Notes under the pieces: model-generated
The model's input: the letters and a program-made list of their open reading frames with translations, nothing else
Databases searched by the model: none
Told to the model about the DNA's origin: nothing
Source: Candidatus Poribacteria bacterium
GTDB taxonomy: Bacteria; Poribacteria; WGA-4E; JAJDTR01
Direction: 5' to 3'
Assembly (NCBI GenBank): GCA_022827055.1
Contig: JAJDTR010000075.1
Span: 758-64,757 of the forward strand
DNA length: 64,000 nucleotides
Translations under genes and position numbers: made by a program
Part shown: one piece after another, positions 47,660 to 55,874 of the stretch
Layout of the letters: each line of letters starts with the position of its first letter
Numbering within the stretch: position 1 is the first letter of the stretch

Positions 47660-48910
47660 CTACGGCTCAATCAGTTTGTAGAACTGAACTTCGCCATCAA
47701 CGATGTGGTTGATTGCGGCACTCTTGGAGGTGTGCCGGTTCTCGTCATAGCCCGAAATGAGCGTTGCGCCGCTGTAGTCACTCGTCGCCGCAATCTGGTC
47801 GCGGATCGCTGTTGGCTCAAGATCGGGCGCACGACGCATCGCCTGAACCAGCAACCTGACAGCGTCATATCCTAGCGCCGCCCCGCCATCCGGCGCCTCG
47901 TTAAACATCCCGGTGTAGGCAGAAATGAAGCGCTGAGCGTCTTCGCCCAAGTCGTCAGGATCAGCTTTAACAGAGAAAGGACTGCTAAAGAAACTCCCGT
48001 CAACTGCCGAACCGGCCTCCGGGATCAACCCCGGGTTATCCCAGCTATCGCCTCCAAGGAAGGTTGCCGTGATGCCGATCTCCTCCCTCGCTTGGCGAAC
48101 CACTAGCGGGAGTTCCGGGATGAAACCGGTGCTGAAAACCACGTCCGGGGTAGCTTCGGTAATTGCGGTGAGTTGCGCATTGAAATCTGTATCTCCCGCC
48201 ATGTAGAACTGTTCAGCCACGACCTCCCCGCCGTAAGATGTAAAATTGGCGATGAAGGTTTTTGACAACCCTTCCGAGTAGACATCTCCCGCGTGCGTGA
48301 GAACCGCTGCGGTTTTAGCTTCCAAATCTTCGACGGCAAACTGCGCCATCACTTTGCCCTGAAAGTCATCGGTGAATGCCGCCATAAACACGAATTTGCC
48401 CGCAGCGGTAACGCGCGGATTCGTCGCACCGGTGGTTATCATCGGTATCCCGTAGCGCTGTGCAATCTCTCCGACGATAACGGCATGAGTCGAACGATTG
48501 GGGCCTGCGATCGCCGTTACTCCGTCCTTGGTTATCAGCTCCTCTGTTATTCCAGCGACGTACTCGGTATCGCTGACATTCTCGCTAAGTAGGCGTTGCG
48601 TCGGTATGCCGTGGGGCACCAACTCTATAGGCGTACCACGCACGCCTCCCTCTTCGTTCGATTCGTTTACCGCCAGTTCCGCGCCGTAGCGGCTGTTATT
48701 TCGGTTCGGCGTGGTATAGATAAAGCCGATGTTGGCAGCTTCGCCATCCTCACTCGGTAACGGGTCAAGCAACCGTTGAAGTTGGTCACACCCCGCAAAC
48801 AGGAAGCTAGCAAGCAACAGCGGTACGCAAAGCCAGGCGATAAATCCGCGTCCGTTCCGTCGAAAGCGCTGATTTGGCATTAAGTAATTGCTCTTCGTTG
48901 GTCTCTTCAT
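47660..48910 (-). CDS. Lipoprotein, periplasmic-binding-protein type 1 (LivK / branched-chain-amino-acid-binding-like ABC substrate-binding protein); no transporter genes adjacent
   Basis: Signal peptide plus lipobox (LFAGC). PBP1 fold pattern. Paralogous to 50116..51333. Confidence 0.7.
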   Translation of the reverse strand: MKRPTKSNYLMPNQRFRRNGRGFIAWLCVPLLLASFLFAGCDQLQRLLDPLPSEDGEAANIGFIYTTPNRNNSRYGAELAVNESNEEGGVRGTPIELVPHGIPTQRLLSENVSDTEYVAGITEELITKDGVTAIAGPNRSTHAVIVGEIAQRYGIPMITTGATNPRVTAAGKFVFMAAFTDDFQGKVMAQFAVEDLEAKTAAVLTHAGDVYSEGLSKTFIANFTSYGGEVVAEQFYMAGDTDFNAQLTAITEATPDVVFSTGFIPELPLVVRQAREEIGITATFLGGDSWDNPGLIPEAGSAVDGSFFSSPFSVKADPDDLGEDAQRFISAYTGMFNEAPDGGAALGYDAVRLLVQAMRRAPDLEPTAIRDQIAATSDYSGATLISGYDENRHTSKSAAINHIVDGEVQFYKLIEP

Positions 48911-48944
48911 GTCGTGTCAACGTATAAATTAGCTATCTAATCTA

Positions 48945-49778
48945 CTATGGAAGTTGTGTCCAACCCGTCACATGCGGCGGCAAGAGAATCGGCCGTTTCG
49001 AGGCAACAACCTCGGCTCGAATCCGCTGGGGCAGCGTCTCTATATCGACCTCCGCCGCCGTGACAATCCCGTAGGCTTCCATGAGCGGAAGTATGCTGCG
49101 AAAACTGTTGGCGACGAATTGGTAACCGCCCCACGCCTCCGAGGCGCCCATGGGCGCCGTATACCGTAGAGTGGGCTCGGGCAAACCGGCGTCCAGAAAA
49201 GCGCTGTACAAGTCAAAACCCATTCCGGTATGCGCGCCTGAACGCTTAAACACCTCGACAGCCCACTGTGCTAAGTTGTTCATCAAGGGGGTATGATCCG
49301 TATAAAATGCCTCTATGGAGGTGAAATCAACCTCTTGGAAAGCAACGATAGCGCCGGGGCGGAGGCGCGCTGTAAGCTGTTTCAAGGCATCTGCCGGATC
49401 CGCCATATACATCAGGACGAGGCGCCCGATGAGCGCGTCGAAGTCGTCCGGAAGATCCAACGTTCGCGCGTCCCCCGCCAGGAATTGGATGTTTGCGAGT
49501 CCCGCTCCCTGTGCCCGTGCGCGGGCGGTTTCGAGAATCTCGGCGTTCACATCCACGCCGATAACTTCCCCGTCAGCACCGACGAGTTCAGCCGCAGCCA
49601 TCGCAACATCTCCGGCGCCGCTCCCAATATCAAGGACTTTCATCCCGTTGAAGAGCCCCGCTTCCTCGAGGAGACGTTTCGTCACGTCCTCGTATAAGCC
49701 CGACTGCTGAATTAACCGTTCCGTCTCCTCTTGGGTGCGTCCCATTGTGTATGTCGCATCGCTTTTCTGCTCACTCAT
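48945..49778 (-). CDS. Class I SAM-dependent methyltransferase
   Basis: Motif I VLDIGSGAGD, motif post-I (VIGVD), motif II/III context. Confidence 0.8.
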   Translation of the reverse strand: MSEQKSDATYTMGRTQEETERLIQQSGLYEDVTKRLLEEAGLFNGMKVLDIGSGAGDVAMAAAELVGADGEVIGVDVNAEILETARARAQGAGLANIQFLAGDARTLDLPDDFDALIGRLVLMYMADPADALKQLTARLRPGAIVAFQEVDFTSIEAFYTDHTPLMNNLAQWAVEVFKRSGAHTGMGFDLYSAFLDAGLPEPTLRYTAPMGASEAWGGYQFVANSFRSILPLMEAYGIVTAAEVDIETLPQRIRAEVVASKRPILLPPHVTGWTQLP

Positions 49779-49988
49779 GCCGATTGTTTCTCCTTCCGAA
49801 TAATAGATAAAAACAAATAGGATCGTTCAAAACCTGAGAATAAACAAGGGGTAACTGTTTAGTTCAGTCCAAAAAAGGGAAAAAATTGGTCTAGCACTTA
49901 TTTGGGCCTAATCGACGGCAGGAGAAGCCTCCCTCTGTGGGAGGGGCATCCCTGCCCCGATACTGGTTATGGAGAACGTGCAATGAAT

Positions 49989-50060
49989 AGGATCTCTATC
50001 GCACTCCCTATTCAGTCGCTTGATTACTACTACAAACCGACATCGGCGATATAGATTGAT
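49989..50060. repeat. Intergenic repeat family copy E (M1 module)
   Basis: TAGGATCTCTATCGCACTCCCTATTCAGTCGCTTGATTAC. Confidence 0.6.
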
Positions 50061-50115
50061 GGACTAAACAGTTACAACAGGGGGAATCTCTGATCTACAT
50101 GTATTGAAATTACAA

Positions 50116-51333
50116 TCACGGTTGGATCAGTTTATGGAACCGTGCTTCGCCATCAACGATGCGGTTGATGAACGCGCTTTTCGACGCGTGCCGGTTGTCA
50201 TCGTAGCCAGAGATGAACGTAGCACCGCTATAGTTCTTAGTGGCTGCAATCTGATCGCGAATCTCTGTCGACGTTAATTCCGGCGCGCGGCGCATCGCCT
50301 GGACCGTCAGTCTAAGCGCATCATATCCGAGTGCTGCCCCGCCGTCGGGCGGGATGCCGAAGATTGAGGTGTAAGTATCGATAAACTGGTGTGCGTCCTT
50401 GCCCAACGACCCGGGTGAAACGTCCGCCCAGAAGAACGTCGAAAAATAACTCCCTTCAAGGATCGTACCGCTTTGGGCAATCAACGCCGCGTTATCCCAA
50501 CTATCCCCGCCGAGCAGAATTCCTGTAATGCCGAGCGTCCGTGCCTGTTCAACCACAAGCGGGATTTCGGCAGAGAACCCGGGCAGAAAAAAGACATCCG
50601 GCGCCGATTCGGCGATTGCCGTTAGTTGCGCAGTGAAATCGGTGTCTCCCCTCGCGTAAAATTCCGCACTCACAACTTCCCCTCCAAAAGCCGTGAAGTT
50701 GTCGATAAACGTTTGGGATAGTCCTCCCGAATAGAGCGACCCGCTGCGCGTGAGAACCACCGCAGCCTTCGCCTCCAAATCTTGCGCCGCGAACTGAGCC
50801 ATCACCTTTCCCTGAAAGTCGTCGGTAAACGCCGACATAAACACAAAATCGCCCGCAGCAGTAACCGTCGGGTTGGTAGCAGTGGTCGTCACCATCGGTA
50901 TTTCGTGCGCTTGGGCAGCCTCCCCGATAGGAACGGCATAACGCGATAGATTGGGACCAATAATTGCGGATACTCCCTCCTCAACAATCAGCGCCTCTGC
51001 GATCTCTACGGCGTGCTCATCGCCGGTTATGTTACCGCGTGGGACCAATCTGATCGGGGTGCCATGCACACCGCCCTCCGCATTCAGTTTTCGTTCTGCC
51101 AGTTCCGCGCCGTTCAGACTGTGGCTCCGGTTGGTGCTGCTGTAGATAAAGCCGATTTTAATGACATCTTCTTCTCCATCCGGCAACGATGTGAGAACAC
51201 GTTGTGCCTCCTCACACCCGCTAAACAGCGACAACATTGCCGCGACCAAGATGAAGTGAACAACAGGATGTAGGGTTAATCTGACAACGCTACCCCAGCT
51301 CTTTATGAATTTCAGATTTTCTTGATATGTCAA
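50116..51333 (-). CDS. Lipoprotein, PBP type 1 (LivK-like) substrate-binding protein; paralog of 47660..48910
   Basis: Collinear similarity to the first SBP (e.g. DDFQGKVMAQFA, TDFTAQLTAI, GGDSWDN, ISGYDDNRH). Lipobox LFSGC. Confidence 0.7.
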   Translation of the reverse strand: MTYQENLKFIKSWGSVVRLTLHPVVHFILVAAMLSLFSGCEEAQRVLTSLPDGEEDVIKIGFIYSSTNRSHSLNGAELAERKLNAEGGVHGTPIRLVPRGNITGDEHAVEIAEALIVEEGVSAIIGPNLSRYAVPIGEAAQAHEIPMVTTTATNPTVTAAGDFVFMSAFTDDFQGKVMAQFAAQDLEAKAAVVLTRSGSLYSGGLSQTFIDNFTAFGGEVVSAEFYARGDTDFTAQLTAIAESAPDVFFLPGFSAEIPLVVEQARTLGITGILLGGDSWDNAALIAQSGTILEGSYFSTFFWADVSPGSLGKDAHQFIDTYTSIFGIPPDGGAALGYDALRLTVQAMRRAPELTSTEIRDQIAATKNYSGATFISGYDDNRHASKSAFINRIVDGEARFHKLIQP

Positions 51334-51413
51334 TTAATCTCTCCTCAGCGTTAAGTAGATTATTTTTTGTTGCTGATTGCGAATTATGGCAAAGCAATGG
51401 CTTTTTAGCTCGG

Positions 51414-52232
51414 CTAATTGGGTTTTCTGAATACTACGTTAAATCGCAAAGTAGCCGTTTGGTTAACCGATTCCGAGGTCACTTCCACACCCAAATCCGG
51501 GAACGAAGTCACCCACTGCTCTGGTTTGTAGCTGGTGTAGCGTCCTTCAAGTTCAAGCCATGTATGATGGAAAAGTTTCTTTTCCATCCCAACACCTCCC
51601 GTCCATCCGGGAACCCAAAAATTTTCTGTAGCCCTACCTGAATTATACTCGCTAGCGGCACACGGGTCCGGTTCGAAACACCCGTTGTAATGAGCCTCGA
51701 ATCGAGATCTCGCGATGCAGACACCTCCGAGCGCATAAACGTTCGCCTCCCATGATTTTAGCGGCCCCGGATTACCACCTAGCTTGAGCGTGAATCCATA
51801 GTTGTCGTCCCTCTCAAAAGTCCAATTCTCGGACCAACTTTCTCCAAGTTGGTTTGGTCCTTCAGAGCTTCCCTTTTCCTCAATCTCTCCGTACACTCTG
51901 CCCTCGTGGAAGAGTAAAACGTCAAACTCACCGCTTAGGAAAAAACCACCTGAACCGAGCAACTTACGGTAGCCAAAGACATAACCGAATCCGCTAATCC
52001 CTCCGCTGCTATCCGATTCAGCACGGTTTACGTTGCCCTTTTGAGTTGACATATTCCGTGGATCCGTATTATCGACGGTCTTGGTGTAGGAGGCATCGAC
52101 AAACTCGGCTATAATTGCATCAGTGACATAAATACCCTCATTTGCGTCCGCAACCTTCAAGAGCGCCAACGCAGTAAGACACAAGCACAATGAAGTTACG
52201 ATTTTCCGTGCACTCTTTCTTCGGCGCATCTT
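51414..52232 (-). CDS. Secreted hypothetical protein (Gly/aromatic-rich; possibly a beta-barrel / outer-membrane protein)
   Basis: Start taken at the internal MRRRKSARKIVTSLCLCLTALALLKVADA signal peptide. Alternating Gly/Tyr/Phe-rich beta-like segments. The call is weak. Confidence 0.4.
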   Translation of the reverse strand, partial: KMRRRKSARKIVTSLCLCLTALALLKVADANEGIYVTDAIIAEFVDASYTKTVDNTDPRNMSTQKGNVNRAESDSSGGISGFGYVFGYRKLLGSGGFFLSGEFDVLLFHEGRVYGEIEEKGSSEGPNQLGESWSENWTFERDDNYGFTLKLGGNPGPLKSWEANVYALGGVCIARSRFEAHYNGCFEPDPCAASEYNSGRATENFWVPGWTGGVGMEKKLFHHTWLELEGRYTSYKPEQWVTSFPDLGVEVTSESVNQTATLRFNVVFRKPN

Positions 52233-52497
52233 GGTCAATCCAATAATCGGGTAGAGCCTTTTCCCGTTTTGCGTAGATCGCAAATCTCTGTCTCCTATTT
52301 ATTCACGAGTCAAATGCTGCGCCCATCGGATATTATACTCGCATCCCCAAGTGGATGCAAGCCGTCAAAAGTTCCCAAACCTCACTATAAGTTTGACAAT
52401 CCCGCGCCTAAACTGCTATAAGAGCGACAGTGGTGAAACCGCCTGATATAACTGTTCGGCAGATGCAATCCAACCTGTATCTACCGAAGCGGAGGTA

Positions 52498-53361
52498 ATG
52501 TGTAACCGAATAATGGCGAATTTTCTTCTATCGGGGTTGCTCATCCTCGTTACCGTCGTCTGGGGGTGGACGTTTGTCGTGGTTCGGGATTCGATCATGG
52601 CGTACTCCGTCCTTGGCTTCTTGGCTCTACGATTTACCATCGCATCGCTGTGTCTTGGTCCTTTTTCATTCAAGCGGCTGAGGCGAGGGACGTTTGTCGT
52701 CGGTGCCGGAATCGGAACATGCTTGGCGGGCGGCTACCTGCTTCAAACCTACGGACTGCGCTACACGACGCCAACCAACTCCGGTCTCATCACCGGGCTG
52801 TTTGTCGTCTTCGCTCCGGCTGCCGGTCTTGCCCTGTTTAGAGCCCGCATTGACCGCGTTTTTCTCTTACCGTTGGGGGCGTGCTTGATTGGAACACTTC
52901 TGCTCGTGGGGGATAGCCCGGAAGAGATACGTATCGGGGACGGACTCACCCTCGGCTGCGCCGCCTGCTTCGGGCTGCACATCGCCCTGCTGTCGCATGT
53001 CGCCCATCGTCACGACGCCACCGCTCTGGCGCTAGCGCAGATGATCGCAACCGCATTGATATGCGGACTACCGTGGCTGTTCTTCGAAAGCCCTGCGCTT
53101 CCTCCCGGACACGTGTGGTTCGCTCTGGTCATCACCGGCGTGCTCGCGTCCGCCCTTGCTTTCGCCGTGCAGACGTATGTTCAACAGCGTTTGTCGGCTA
53201 CCAGAACGGCTATCATTTTGACAATGGAACCGGTTTTTGCCGTGTTTTTCGGCTATCTGTTAGCCGGAGACCGGCTGTCATGGGTTCAGATTATCGGCGC
53301 GCTCCTGATATTAGCCGCAATCGCCGCGAGCGAAGTTCTCCCAGCCCTGAAGCGTGACTGA
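52498..53361 (+). CDS. DMT-superfamily transporter (EamA-like, 10 TM)
   Basis: Two EamA-like halves with the typical TM periodicity. Confidence 0.75.
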   Translation: MCNRIMANFLLSGLLILVTVVWGWTFVVVRDSIMAYSVLGFLALRFTIASLCLGPFSFKRLRRGTFVVGAGIGTCLAGGYLLQTYGLRYTTPTNSGLITGLFVVFAPAAGLALFRARIDRVFLLPLGACLIGTLLLVGDSPEEIRIGDGLTLGCAACFGLHIALLSHVAHRHDATALALAQMIATALICGLPWLFFESPALPPGHVWFALVITGVLASALAFAVQTYVQQRLSATRTAIILTMEPVFAVFFGYLLAGDRLSWVQIIGALLILAAIAASEVLPALKRD

Positions 53362-53427
53362 ATCCGCTTCGCAATATCGTAACTGTCAATTCTCAATCCG
53401 CCGGTTACCTTCCACCCTTCCAGCCTT

Positions 53428-54318
53428 TTACACTCCCCACCGTTGCCGCATCTCTTCCATCGGAACCGTTTCGCCCTTTGTCCACGCATAATGAGCGATA
53501 GGATTCTCGCCAATCCAACGCTCATCCACCGGTTCATCGGCGCGTTGATAGCGGGTGTCGGTGCTTAACCGGAAACGATTGGTGGTGTTGTCCAGCGAGG
53601 CGTGCATGGTGTACATGCCAAAGATCAGCACGTCTCCCATCTCGAATGAACTCGTTCCCCACCTCCCGCCGTAGCGATCAATCAACTCTATCGGGTCATA
53701 CGAAAACGAACCGGTAACGTGATCTCTGTCAACGTCCATTTCCGCGTAGGTTCGCCTGATCGCCTCAAACCGATGCGAACCGACGAGTAGCATCAGAGGC
53801 CCCAATTCGAACGGAACATCGTCGAGCGGCGTCCAGCAGGTAAGAACGCGCTTCGTGCCGCGCCCCATATAAACGATGTCGTAATGCGCGCCCGAAAATC
53901 CTCCCGGCGGAATCACACGCAGCCACTTAAAATCGTACGTGATCACCGGTGCGTCGAAATACATCTCGCAGAAGTCCATGATCTCCGGTGATTCGACTAC
54001 GTCCAAGAATGCCTGATCGTGTGTCACCTCCTTGTTACCTCCGGGAAATCTACCCCGTTTGCCCGCCGCCGGAACGCCCTGCGATAGCGGAAAGGATGTA
54101 TCGAGTTGTCCGTTCTCGTCGAGTTTTTCGAGAAGGAACTGACGGGCGGCTTGGACCTTACTCCGGTTGTGAAGCCCACGAATGAGCAGATAACCGTCCT
54201 CCTCAAGCCGCGCATTCAAAGCGTCCAAATTGCCGAGGAGGTCGTTGGCTTCTCGCAGTATGCCCAGATATTTCCCGTTCAACTCCAACGGGTGTTTATT
54301 CATCGTAAGAATCATGTG
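53428..54318 (-). CDS. Phytanoyl-CoA dioxygenase (PhyH) family protein, second copy
   Basis: Start at MILTMNKH. HYD...H Fe-binding context (GAHYDIVYM ... MHASLDN). Confidence 0.65.
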   Translation of the reverse strand, partial: HMILTMNKHPLELNGKYLGILREANDLLGNLDALNARLEEDGYLLIRGLHNRSKVQAARQFLLEKLDENGQLDTSFPLSQGVPAAGKRGRFPGGNKEVTHDQAFLDVVESPEIMDFCEMYFDAPVITYDFKWLRVIPPGGFSGAHYDIVYMGRGTKRVLTCWTPLDDVPFELGPLMLLVGSHRFEAIRRTYAEMDVDRDHVTGSFSYDPIELIDRYGGRWGTSSFEMGDVLIFGMYTMHASLDNTTNRFRLSTDTRYQRADEPVDERWIGENPIAHYAWTKGETVPMEEMRQRWGV

Positions 54319-54504
54319 TACCTCCAGTGTTAGCAGACTCGGTTCGGATGCGGGGCATCGCGCCAATTATAGATTTCGTTTCAAAACGTGTCAACGGAAA
54401 ACAACCCGTCATGAGCCGCAGGGGGTCACGCCGCTGTTGTTTCTTCCCGCAATGATGTGATAACATGATGCGAAAGATAATATCTTGGATAGAAGGATGA
54501 AATC

Positions 54505-55665
54505 ATGGACGACAAGAGAGGTTACCGGCATCAAGCACTGACGGTTTGCACGCTTGGCGGGGCGCAGGTGGGCAAGACCTCACTCACTGCAGCAATGACA
54601 AAGGTGGTGTCTCGAATCGGCTCGACGCCGGTAGACGCGGGCGACATCGAATCACAGCCGCCATTTCACCACCCGATCGGGGACGGCGTAGGTCTCGATT
54701 ATCGCGCCATCGACTATGAAACGAGCGGGAGACACTACACGCAAATCGACTGTGTGAGCCATCTGGATACCGTCAAGATGCTGATTGCCGGCTCGCCAGA
54801 TGTGGGAGGGGCAATTTGGGTCGTAAGCGCGGTCGATGGGGTAACCGAATCGTCCGAGACGCAAATTCGGCTTGCGCGCCAAACTCGCATCCCCGTCATC
54901 ATTGCGTTTCTCAACCAAACCGATAGGGTTGAGGATCCGGAGTTGATTGAGATTTGCGCGGCGGAGATTCGCGAGCTTCTCACGGATTACGGTTATGAAG
55001 AAGCAAACTCCCCGATAATCGTTGGCGACGCGCTGAAAGCGCTGAGATACAAGGGGCACAGTCTTAATTCGGAGGACTGGAAGCCGATCGTTGATTTGAT
55101 ACTTGCGATGGGCAGATGCATGCCTCAACCGGTAAACCCGGCGAATCTGCCGCTGCTCATGCCGATACGCGAAGTATCCGACGATCCGAAAGGGATATCG
55201 ACACTGCGCGGCGATGTCATCCAGGGCGGGCTAGCTGTCGGACACGCCGTTGATGTTGTAGGGAAAGGAGAGCGGGTCAAAACGCGCTTGGTCGCATTGC
55301 GAGATGACGAGGTACAGGTTGATGCCGAACCCGGTTGGATTTCTCCGGGACAGGTGGTGTCGGAACCGAAGAGCATAAAATCCCATACTGTCTTCGAAGC
55401 GGCGGTCTATGTCATGACACCGGAGGAATGCAAGACACACGTGCCGCTTGTTGGCAACGATAAACCCGAAATTCATCTCTGGACTATCGATGTTACCGGC
55501 CACCTCCGTCTGCCTCCCGACATTCCGATGGTCAACCCGGGGGAGCACGCGCATGTGTCCGTCTCCCTAGACGTGCCAATGGCGCTGCAGGTTGGCGCGC
55601 GGTTTGAGATTAAGAAGATGGGAGCGCGGATTGGGATGGGCGTCGTGACCGAAATTGTGGAATAA
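54505..55665 (+). CDS. EF-Tu-like paralog with degenerate GTPase motifs (all three EF-Tu domains present)
   Basis: Collinear with EF-Tu across domains 1-3. The P-loop is retained (GGAQVGKTSLTAAMT against GHVDHGKTTLTAAIT). G2/switch I RGITI becomes DGVGL. G3 DCPGH becomes DCVSH. G4 NKCD becomes NQTD. Domain 3 DVTG is conserved (WTIDVTGHLRLP). 386 aa. Confidence 0.8.
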   Translation: MDDKRGYRHQALTVCTLGGAQVGKTSLTAAMTKVVSRIGSTPVDAGDIESQPPFHHPIGDGVGLDYRAIDYETSGRHYTQIDCVSHLDTVKMLIAGSPDVGGAIWVVSAVDGVTESSETQIRLARQTRIPVIIAFLNQTDRVEDPELIEICAAEIRELLTDYGYEEANSPIIVGDALKALRYKGHSLNSEDWKPIVDLILAMGRCMPQPVNPANLPLLMPIREVSDDPKGISTLRGDVIQGGLAVGHAVDVVGKGERVKTRLVALRDDEVQVDAEPGWISPGQVVSEPKSIKSHTVFEAAVYVMTPEECKTHVPLVGNDKPEIHLWTIDVTGHLRLPPDIPMVNPGEHAHVSVSLDVPMALQVGARFEIKKMGARIGMGVVTEIVE

Positions 55666-55874
55666 GCGCAGATTGAAATAGATAGAGCGAGGAGAGTGGC
55701 CTCACGCATTAAGTGGAAGGAGGGAAGATTGGAAGGGCGGAATGGATGCAAATGAATTTGGATAGGAAAAGGTAAAAGCAGATTCACGATAATCAAATCA
55801 CCAATCCTCTCCGATTTGGAAGAAAGAAACCGAGTTTTCGGGGAAAAACTCGGTTTCAAGACAAGGGGAAAACA

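Noticed and set aside
54652-55128. 158-aa minus-strand ORF
   Set aside because: Antisense to the EF-Tu-like gene, which has clear collinear homology.
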